Shown piece after piece: positions 11,380 through 21,622 of a stretch of 64,000 bases of DNA. How positions within the stretch are numbered: position 1 is the stretch's first letter; each line of letters starts with the position of its first letter. The stretch covers positions 17,548,001 through 17,612,000 of the forward strand of contig NC_086118.1 of assembly GCF_963921235.1 (NCBI RefSeq). Reading direction: 5' to 3'. A program made the position numbers and the translations under genes. The notes beneath the pieces are model-generated. The model worked only from the letters and a program-made list of their open reading frames with translations, was not told the origin of the DNA and searched no databases. Source of the DNA: Mobula hypostoma (lineage: Eukaryota).

Positions 11380-12745
11380 ATTTATCATTAGCAAGGAAGG
11401 AATTTGTACAGGCACAGGAGCGAGACAAGGAGCTGATGGTTTTGGCGGAGACAGCTGTCTCTGAAGCAGAATTAAAAAGGGAGCCAGTGGGCTATTATGT
11501 GAAGGAGGGAGTACTAATGAGGAAATGGAGACCATATACCGTGCCCGCAGATGAGGAATGTGGGGTTGTACACCAGGTGGTAGTGCCGAAAATTTACAGG
11601 GGCGAGATTTTTAACCTAGCCCACAAGATAGCCCTCTGTGGACATTTTGGGGTGAGGAAGACCGTCGATAGAATCATGAAAGAGTTTTACTGGCCGCACA
11701 GGAGGAAGGATGCTATTGACTATTGTAGACGTGAGCTAACACAGTTACAGCCTTTTGATATGCTAACAGCTTGCCACGATAGGCGAACAAACCTAGTCGG
11801 TGTTATCACGAAAATTAATGAGGCTAGGGTGCAACCTGATAAGGGGAAGACCCATTTTGAAAAGATAAGTGTGGTGCCAACCAGATGGGAGAACTCTATT
11901 GTGTTGGCCAACTTTGCTGATGAGTTCTCTCACTTAACCCCCGAACAAAGCGAGCTGCCGCCAATAAAGCTAATTAAACGGCACGCACACGTATGTCCGG
12001 ATGTCCCGAGGTGATGCAAAGAGCCAGGACATGGTGTTGTTGTCACACCAGGTCAGCCTAGTGAGCAACACCCCTATAGGAAGATTAATTCAGTGACAAA
12101 AGGGCTAAAAAACACAGAAGCATATATTGGCGATTTAGTGGTCTGGAGTGACACGTGGGAGGAGCTGTTTAAAAAGCAGTTTGAAGCCACCCTAACAGTG
12201 AACCTCGCAAAAAGTGAAATCGGCCAGGGAAAGATCACTTATCTGGGATTTGTGGTAAGACAGGGGCAGCTGGCACCGATGCAGGCTAAGGTGCTGGCTA
12301 TCTCTGAAGTCCCCACCCCGACAGACAAGAGAGGCCTGAGAAGGTTCTTGGGGTTGGTGGGGTACTCTCGGAAGTTTTGCAAAAACTTTGCAGATATTAC
12401 CCTCCCTCTTACTAAGCTCTTGTCAAAGAATGGTAAGTTGATGTGGGACGACCCTTGTTATCTTTGTCCAGGATGAAAACCACTGAGAAGTTACACTGAT
12501 CACAACCCATTAGTGTGTTTGGCCACTATGAAGTTTGCTAAGTTGGAGCCTGGTCTTAGAGGATTATTAAAATAAGGCATACAAAAGGAACGGAAAGGTG
12601 ATTGCTGACTGTCTGTCAAGGTGTTGACAACTTAAAGTTCTCTGTATTAGGTAAATAGCTGACGACCATGTGTATTTGTGTGTATCTAATAATGTATTCA
12701 TGCCTATAATTTTTACCCTGGTAAAAATCCTTTGAAGGATAGGGG

Positions 12746-13583
12746 TGTGACGAAAAACCAAGTATTCAGAAGATTGATGCAAATGAGAGAGATAAGTGAG
12801 ACAATGGAGAAACATTCCAAATGTTAATGAGAGAGGAGAAGAGAGATGAACGAAAAGAGACACAGTTCCGAGTATTGACAGACCGATTGCTTTGAACCTG
12901 AACTGTTTGAAGTTTGATGGATAGGCGATACCCCAGCCGGGGGATAAAAGGAACAGGTTCGCTAAGGCACAACAGACACCACAGGATCACGAGATAACGA
13001 GACCCTGGAAAAGTGGTGTGCCCCCACAAGTTGGTAGAAGTTTGGAGGTCTGCTCGCGGGACCGGCCATAGACGCACAGGGTGAAAAGGTACGATCGGCG
13101 GGAACCTGGTGTGTGTGTCCGCCCTTGCCTGGGTGCTGGGTTCACTGTGGAAGAACTGTCGTATCCGGAACGGAGGGGTCACAGTCGGTGACCACAGAAG
13201 ACAGAAAAGGGTTTGCCCGAAAGCTAACTGCGAAGAACGAAGGTCTGTATGAACCAGAATTTGCATATTATCTTTCTCTCTCTCTCTCTCTCTAACGGCA
13301 CAACAGCGATTACTGCGAACTGTACTCAGCTGAACTGAACTCTGCGTCACTTGAGACTGATCATTTTACCCCTAGACTGCGATAGAGCTTGATTGATTCC
13401 TATTATTCTAGTTCTGTGTACATGTGTGTTTTATCATTGCTAACCTGTTGCATTTATATCCTTGCGATTAGAGTACTGTGTTACTTATTTCTTCAATAAA
13501 ACTTTCTTAGTTCCAGTAATCCAGACTCCAACTAAGTGGTCCATTTCTGCTGGTTTGGCAACCCAGTTACGGGGTACGTAACA
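12746..13583 (+). repeat. 3' LTR of element A
   Basis: Direct repeat of 7751-8604, about 5% divergent by eye over the first 200 bp. Confidence 0.95.
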
Positions 13584-15731
13584 ATAAACACTCACAAACG
13601 TTTTTATCACTATAAAGAGCTTATTTTTGCAGAAGCATCTGCACTTTCACTCTGGCAGAAAGCTATGGACCAGCTGCTGCAAATCTGCCCAGGTTCTCAG
13701 TGTTACTGGATGACTTCATGGTTACAGGTGAGGATGACAAGGAACATCTCCAAAATCTCAAGACAGTGAAAAAGATTAGAAGATTATGGGCTCAGAGCAT
13801 AATGCAACAAGCCTGAATTCTTTAAGTGAAGCATCACTTACTGCGGTCACATAATTGACACACAAGAATTACAAAAGTGTGCTGGGAAAATTCAAGCAGT
13901 GGTGAATGCTCCAAGGCCAAAGAACATGTTGCGATCCTTTTTTAGGATTTGTCAGTTACTATAAGAGGTTCCTGTTCAATCCTGGCTGCTGTGCTCCACC
14001 TCTTGAATCATTATGCAGATGGCAAAGGACAAAGCAGTGTGAGGTGGCTTTCTAAAAAGCAAAGGAAATAGTGACTTCAGACACTATTATGACACATTAT
14101 GGTCCACATTGTCCAGTGAAGCTTTCCTATGATGCCTTGCCTCATGGTATAGGTGCAGTCAAGTCATATGTTTTGAGTGAAAACGCCATAGACTTTGCAT
14201 CAGATTTCCTTCAGGGTGCAGAGAAAATAGGGTGCAGATTGACAGACAGACTTTGAGTCTGGTTTGGGGTGTAAAACATTTTAACCAGTACTTTTAGGAG
14301 AGAGTTTACCCTAATTACTGATCATCCACTACTGGTCTCCATTTTCAATCCACAGAAGTTTGTTCCATTAACAGCAGCATCACGAACGCAGAGATGGGCT
14401 CCGTTTACTGGAGGACACAATTACAAGATCAAATTCAAGAGGACAACTAATCATGGAATTGCTGATGGATTGTCCCATTTATAATTGGAACAGGAAATAC
14501 TTGAAAAATTTACAAAAGAGCGCACTCCACTTGATGTAATCTTCCTAATGTGGATTGAAAGTCCCCCTACTATGGCAGAGATGATTCAAAGGGAAACCAA
14601 AAAAGACCCCTCGCTGTCTCATGTCTGCATGGCCACCTAAAATTGCTGAAAGGTGTAGCAGAAGTTACAATTCCCCCATTTTTACCAGAGCCAGGATGAA
14701 ATTGCCCTTGATGAGGGGTTGCCCTTATATGGGTATTGAGAGTTGTTGCTTGATACAAGCTGAGAGCTTAAGTGATCATGTTGGTCATCTAGACACAGTT
14801 GAAATGAAAGCATTGGCCTGAAGGTATTTTGGTGGCCTAGGATGGATCAGTAGATTGACCAGCCTACTATGCACTGTTCGGGATGCCAACACGTCCAGAG
14901 GATGCCAAGAGCAGTGCCTCTCCATCCCTGGAAGTGGCCTGCATTGCCCTGGCAGAGGATTCACGCGGACTTTGCCAGACCATTCAGGGGTACAAATTTC
15001 TTGGCAGTAGTGGAAGTGACCAGAAATGTTCCCTATAGCTTCCACTACAACCTCGCACACTGTTGGTGTGTTGAGAAGCCTCTTTTCAAGGACTGGTGTT
15101 CCAGAACACTTGTGGTGTGTGACAATGGATCACAGTTTGTTGCGGAACAATCTCAGTCATTCCTGAAGATGTATGGAATAAGACATATACTTCTGCACTG
15201 TACCACCCAGCTACACGTAGTCTGGTGGAAAGGTTTGTTTAGTCTAAGGAACACAGCCAGCAATGTCAGCAGAACACACGAATTCAATCAGAAGTTCATT
15301 TCCTCTTTGCATATCACAACCCAACACACTCCTCGATCAACAATTCACCAGCCACGCTGATCCTGGGTTGTCCTTAGCACTCACACTTGGATCTCCTCAA
15401 ACCCAATCTCAGAAGGAGTAGGCAGGACAAACAGCCGAATCAAATTAAGGGCTTCTCAAACAAGAAGGTTCAATATTTCACTGCTAGGCAAGCAGTCCTG
15501 GTGAGGGACTACATAGGTGATCAAAAGTGGGTACTTCGAAATATTAAGGACAGAACTTGACCACCCTCCTACACAGTGGAGATTGTGTCTGATGTCATTT
15601 GGAGACAACACTTCAATCCGTTGGGGAGTTCAGCCAATTGTTAGAAAAGAAAGGTGTCCAGAGCTGTCAAAACCACTTCCTGCAGTTCCAGAGTCAACTC
15701 CTATAACTACCACCAAGGAGGCCCCAGAACC

Positions 15732-18700
15732 TGTAGTAACTTCTACTTTGAAAAAGGCACACTCGACATCTTCATGCCAAAGAAACAACTTTATCTCGAA
15801 CTTCAAAACCGTTATGTATATACAGAGGCTTTCACAACCCGTATGGCACGGCAGGGACACTATATACAAAGCACACCCAAAGTACAAAAAGAACGGAAGT
15901 AAAACCCCCCACCCATTATCCTAATTAGTATTAACTTACTTTTAATAATGCTCACATTACAACACTTCTCCCCCTTTAAAATCCAACATCCCCACATGTA
16001 AAAAACTAGGGAATAAGAGCAGTGGTGTTATTAACTTGCATACCCCTGAAAACTTATACTCATACCTCAGCAACAATTTATCAGTACAAAACATCTGGAA
16101 AATGTGACAGATTCAACATTCAATCTAACAACAACAAAAGAAGAACTGCCCCGTCAAAGATTCAGTCTGTCAGGAGGTTTACGAGTGCACTGTGATCTGT
16201 GCACTACCCCCGGTGACTCAGCAGGCACCGTTGGTGAGGGTAATTTGGGTGGATCTGGTTTTGGGGTCATGAGAGGGGTCTGTGTGTCTGATGAGAATGT
16301 CCATCCTCTTTAGGGGACCCTGACCTCTCTGCCAGTGTCTCACCCTCTGGCAAAGTCACTGGTGGACATGCTTCCCCCATAGTCTGACTCACAAATGGAA
16401 ACTCCATGGAACTGTCTGCCTCTGAGCCGGTATCATGACGCAGGCGCACATGGTCCTGTTGTCTGCGGAAAACACGCCCATCAGTTCGCTTAAGAACATA
16501 AGAGACGGGACCACTCTGCTTAAGAGTAACCCCAGGTAGCCATTGCTGATTGTTTCTCACCTAGAGATTGTCATCTGGTTTTAACTGTCTCTCTCGCGCA
16601 TGTTGATCATGTTCCTCCTTCTGCTTTTCCTGCTTTCTCTCCACTTTCGTCTTCATGTCTGGGCGCAGCAGGTCCAATCTTGACTTGGGCCTACGCCCCA
16701 TCAGCATCTCTGCTGGAGTGCAGGCAGTCTAGTTTGTGGCATGAAGCAGTATTTAAACAGGAAACGTGAAAGCCGCGTGCTAAGAGAGTCCCCTGTCAGC
16801 CGCTTCAGGCCGTCCTTCACTGTCTGAAGAGCCCGCTCAGCCAAACCATTGGAGGCTGGGTGGAAAGGGGCCGTCTGAATGTGATGAATGCCATTCTGCT
16901 GCATGAACTCACTGAACAGTTTACTGGTGAACGTTGGGCCACTATCTGTGACCAGAGCATCAGGCAACCTATGGACTGCAAACACTTGCCTGAGTTTGTC
17001 TATGGTTGAGGGAGCTGTGATGTTGTTCATGATGTGAGCTTCAATCCATTTAGAATGCACATCTACCATGACAAGAAACATCTGCCCCATAAAAGGGCTG
17101 GCAAAGTCCAAATGTAGCCTAGACCAGGGGTGGTCTGGCCACTCCCATGGGTGCAAAGGAGCTGGTGGTGGCATATTCTGATTAGTCTGACATTGCGTGC
17201 ATGATTTTACCTTGTTTCCGGATCCTGATCCATTCTTGGCCACCAAACGTAGGATCTTGCAAGGCTTTTGATTCGAGACACTCCTGGGTGAGTCTCATGA
17301 ATTTCCTCTACAATCTGTGAACGGCCAGGGGGAGGCACGATGACCCTCGCCCTCCAGAAAATGCAGCCATCCTGCAGACTGAGTTCTGTCTTGCGTTTGG
17401 CATAAGGCCTCAGGTTCCTCTCCTTCCACAACTCTGGGCCAACCTTGTAAAAGAAAAGTCTTGACTTGGGACAGGACTGGGTCCCTCTCTGACCACTGCC
17501 TGATGTGGGTCACCTTTACAGGTGTCTCTGACAGCCTCTCCAATGAAAATACAGTCTCTGGAGGCACATATGTAGCAACAGGTGTCTCAGGTAAAGGTAG
17601 CCGACTCAGTGCATCAGGGTTTGCATTATCCCCACTCGCTCTGTACACTATAGTGTACTGGTAGGCTGACAATGTAAGAGCCCAGTGCTGTATCCTGGCT
17701 GAGACTAGCGGTGGGATGCATCTAGTCTCACTAAACAGGCTCATCAGTGGTTTATGGTCCATATAAATTGTAAATACGCGTCCATAAAGGTACTGATGAA
17801 AGTGTTTGACTGCAAAAACAGTGGCCGGACGTCCTTTGTCCAGCTGTGAATATCCCTTCTCAGCAGCTGTCAGGGTACGTGAAGCAAAACCAATAGGCTT
17901 CTCTGAACAGTCCTCCATTACATGTGAGAGAACTGCCCCGACTCTATAGGGCGAGGCATTGCATGCAAGGGTGATCTCCTTGTCTGGGTCATAGTGAACA
18001 AACAGCTTCGCTGAGTGGAGGAGTTCTTTCACTTCCTTGAAAGCGTTCTCCTGCTCTTCACCCCACTGCCACTTAGTGTCATTGTGAAGCAGCTTATACA
18101 GTAGGGTCAAAACCCTTGAGAGGTCAGAAAGAAACTTGCCATAATAATTCACCATGCCCAAAAATGATCTGAGTTCGGTGATGGTCTTAGGGCTTGGGGC
18201 CTCCATAATAGCTCTCACTTTGTCCTCCACAGGGTGAAGCCCTTCAGCTATGATTTTGTGTCCCAGGGAAGTCACACTCGATGTCAGGAACACACATTTT
18301 CCGCGCTTCAACCACAGCCCTGCGTCTGAGAGCCTCTTCAGCACTCATTCTAAATTAGCCAGACGCTCCACCTCTATAGCCCCCCGTGATCAAAATATCA
18401 TCAAGGTACACTGCCACGTGCGGAATCCCCTGCAGCAAAGTGTCCATTTTCCTTTGGAATATGGCAGGGCTGGACGCCACTCTAAGCACCAGGCAATTGT
18501 ACTTGAATAATCCCTTGTGTGTATTAATTGTGACATACTCCTTTGAATCCTCGTCGAGCAGCAGCTGTTGGTAGGCGTGGCTCATGTCCAGCTTTGTCAA
18601 CAGCTTACCCCCGACAGGGTCGTAAACAGGTCATCCACCCGTGGCAATGGGTACTCCTCCAGCCTAGAGACCTCATTCACCGTAAACTTATAATCCCCAC

Positions 18701-20449
18701 ATATCCTCACCATTTTGTCTGCCTTCAAAACTGGAACGATGGGAGCCGCCCACCTTGAAGACTGGACGGGCTCAATAATGCCCAGCCTCTGTAAACGTTC
18801 CAGCTCCTCCTCAACTTTGCCTTTCATGGCATAGGGCACCGACCTGGGCTTAAAAAAATGTGGTGTAGCCTCAGGGTCGACATGGAGTTTCACTGTCACG
18901 CCCTTCAGTGTTCGTAGCTTGTCCCTGGAAACGTCACTGTACCGCTGCAGAATGTTGTCTGTCGTGTGTGCATAGTTAATTTCATGCCAGTTTAGCCAGA
19001 TTTTGCGAAGCCAATCGCGACTCAAAAGATTGGGCCCCCTGCCCTTAGCTACCACTAGCCTGGCTTCAGCCTTCTGACCCCCGGCTGAAATGTCCACATA
19101 TAACATCCCTAAATGAGGTATGGGCTGTCCCATATAGGTGCTGAGTTTGAGCTTTGATGGTCTAATGAGAGGCAGGTTGGACCCCCATGTCCTCCTGTAG
19201 GTCTCCTCACTAATGACCGATGATTCAGGGGCTACTGCAATCTCAAACTTAATGTCCTTTCCCCGACAGTGACTGTGGCATAATATGGTTCAGGTGGTTC
19301 CTCACCTATCTCCACTCCAAACACTCTGCCTCTTCATCTGCTTCTTCGAGACGGTGTGTGGCTGCCTGAGCCCGTTGAGCTTTCCCCCGCCCAGGCTTAA
19401 TCTTGCCCTTTGAACTTCTTCATTTTTTAGCTAAATGTCCCTTTTCGCTACATGCATGGCAGACAGTGTCTTTGAATTTGCAATCATTTGCATAGTGCAT
19501 CCCTCCACACCGGAAACCTTCCACCCGCTTTGCCTGTTTACCAGTCTCCCTCCTGACTTGGTGCACTGCCCCAGACTGCGACCCCCCATGTCCTTTCTGG
19601 ATATCCTTGACATTATTAGCAGCCATCTCCATGCCTTGGGCAATCTCTAAGGCTTTCTTGAAAGTCAACAGTGGGGTTTCCCCTAACAGGCAGTGTTGTA
19701 TGCCATCATTATTAATGCCGCATACCAATTGATCACGGAGCATGTCTTCCAACACCGCTCCAAAATCACAATGCTCTGACAGCTGCCAAAGCTCGGCTAC
19801 AAAACTGGCCACAGACTGACCTGGCTTCCTGAAACAGCTGTGAAACTTACACCGTTGGACTATCACAGCAGGTTTTGGATTGTAGTGGTTCCCCACGAGC
19901 TTGACCAGTTCGTCAGATGGAATGCACCCCCCCCCACCGGTTTCCACAGTGTGGCTAAATTCCTTATTAGCTTGTAAGTCTTCGCCCCATACACACTCAG
20001 GAGAATAGAGCGCTTCTTAGCCTCCTCAGTAATTCCATTAGCACAGAAAGTGTGTCCCAACCTTTCCTCATACTCCGGCCAGTCCTCCGTCATGTCTACA
20101 AAATCAGCGATAGTTCCAAACGTAGCCATCTGAACGTGAGACCCTTATCGGCGCTGCTGCTCCAGTTCAAAACGTGCCAACACGTCCACAAAACCAGTTT
20201 ACCTCATTGCCAAAAATATGTAGTAACTTCTACTTTGAAAAAGGCACACTCAACAACTTCATGCTCAAGAAACAACTTTATCTCGAACTTCAAAACCGTT
20301 ATGTATATACAGAGGCTTTCACAACCCGAACGGCATGGCGGGCACACTATATACAAAGCCCACTGGAAGTAAAAAAAAGAAAGGAAGTAAAACACCCCAC
20401 CCATTATCCTAATTAGTATTAACTTACTTTTAATAATGCTCACATTACA
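15732..20449 (-). mobile_element. Near full-length, frameshifted Gypsy (Mag-like) LTR retrotransposon, element C
   Basis: ~230-bp LTRs at 15732-15961 and 20219-20449; PPT (AAAGGGGGAGAAG, minus). Gag MATFGTIADF...WPEYEERL (20129), CCHC knuckles, RT (VRICGDYK, YLDDILI), RNase H (DHKPL), integrase (HPWSRLHLDF, DSGPTF, SNGLAER). Confidence 0.93.
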
Positions 20450-21169
20450 ACCTGAAGATTGTGTCTGATGTCATCTGGAGACAACACTTCAAAAAGTTGG
20501 GGAGTTCAGTCAATTGTTAGAAAAGAAAGGTGTCCAGAGCTATCAAAACCACTTCCTGCAGTTCCAGAGTCACGGAGGAGGCCCCAGAACTTGAGTTGGT
20601 TCCACAGACACAACTCTCACCTGCCAAGCGGAATGACTCCCTTGTCAGGAAAGATGCTATCACTCAAGAGTAAGCCATCGTCCACAGTGATTAAATTTTT
20701 AGGCCTGGGTGGGCCAATTTAAAATTTATTCTGCTGTGGAGGTCTATATAGTAGTTGTATGATATAATCTACTGTGTATATAAGATGACTAGAGAGCAAT
20801 ATCTCAACATACATGGGTTGAGAGGCATTCTATACAGAGTTGGGAGTTTATAGCTAAACAGGGTGGAGCGGAATGTATTCCAGTAATATTTGAGTAATTT
20901 TGTAAATATATTGTTTGATTATACCTGTTTTGTCTGTTTACATAATTTATTACAGATAAAATGTAAGAAATACGTGATGCTACGTCAGTTCGTCATGAAG
21001 TAATATGTGAGCGCCTCACTAAAGAAAAGTTAATTATTAGGCCGTATCCCCGGCTCCTGGGTTTTGTGATTAGTTTCTGAAGTTGAAAAACATAACAATA
21101 TAATTTATATTTCGGCGAGAACTGGCAAATTGCAGACCATGGTGTTAACACTGCATGTATTTTAGTATC

Positions 21170-21284
21170 TGTTGGTGGTGGAGAGGACCAGCCAGGCACC
21201 GGAAATGGTCAGAAACAGCGACGGAAGTCGACCGGCAGAGTGGGGCGAGCGTGCCGAGTGTGTGAGAGTTTCCTTGCAGTCTGG
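21170..21284 (+). promoter_or_regulatory. CpG-rich TATA-less ELAC2 promoter / 5' UTR with ETS-like motifs
   Basis: ACCGGAAAT (21198-21206, overlapping a YY1-like AAATGG) and CGGAAGT (21222-21228); CpG-rich stretch to ~21580; no TATA box seen. Confidence 0.6.
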
Positions 21285-21622
21285 ATGTCTGTGGGCAATC
21301 TGCCGGCACTTGCATGGTGGACACGGCGTCTCTGCTCCTTCTGCATCCACCCGCAGCTCCCGCTCGCTGCGTGGCTCCGGCCGCTCAGCATGTCCCTCAG
21401 CCCGGCCCGGCCGCTCAGCATGTCCCTCAGCCCGGCCCGCGAACACAAGAGCACGGGCGGCAGGAGGGAGAAGCCCCCCAAGGATACCCTGCGCCACATC
21501 AAGTCCCGGGAGAAGAGGAAACATGGGGACATACATGGACCTTCCACCGTCTACCTGCAAGTTGTTGGGACGGGGAGTAGAGAAAATGTGGCTTCGCTCT
21601 ATGTCTTCTCCGAATATAACAG
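21285..21622 (+). CDS. ELAC2: ELAC2 exon 1 (coding part)
   Basis: [12 protein letters not shown]...[13 protein letters not shown]...[29 protein letters not shown]; donor AG|GTAAC. Start codon inferred as the first in-frame ATG. Confidence 0.9.

Larger units (their letters stand above)
7751..13583 (+). mobile_element. Gmr1-like Gypsy LTR retrotransposon, element A, internally deleted and non-autonomous
   Basis: LTRs 7751-8604 and 12746-13583 (TG...CA), 4-bp TSD ATAA. tRNA-Pro-like PBS TGGGGTTCTCGTCCGCGAT at 8609, PPT before 12746. SCAN-related gag (PPFDETDVDRYFLRFEKVA...YELVPEAYRQRFR), CCHC knuckle, degenerate protease, integrase Zn finger (11436-) before RT/RNase H remnants (12093-12620). 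Confidence 0.92.
7560..21097 (+). mobile_element. Old 5'-truncated Gypsy (Mag-like) LTR retrotransposon, element B, interrupted by two younger LTR elements (pieces 7560-7746, 13588-15731, 20453-21097)
   Basis: RT VRICGDFKVTINPVLKIDQYPLP...DLAETYLQM (7565-7750) resumes as INTHKRFY...LWQKAMDQ after 13584. RNase H (TDHPLLVSIF), integrase (PLHPWKWPALPWQRIHADFA, DNGSQF). Purine tract near 20850-20868 and probable 3' LTR ~20869-21097 ending CATAACA. Many stops and frameshifts. Confidence 0.8.
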
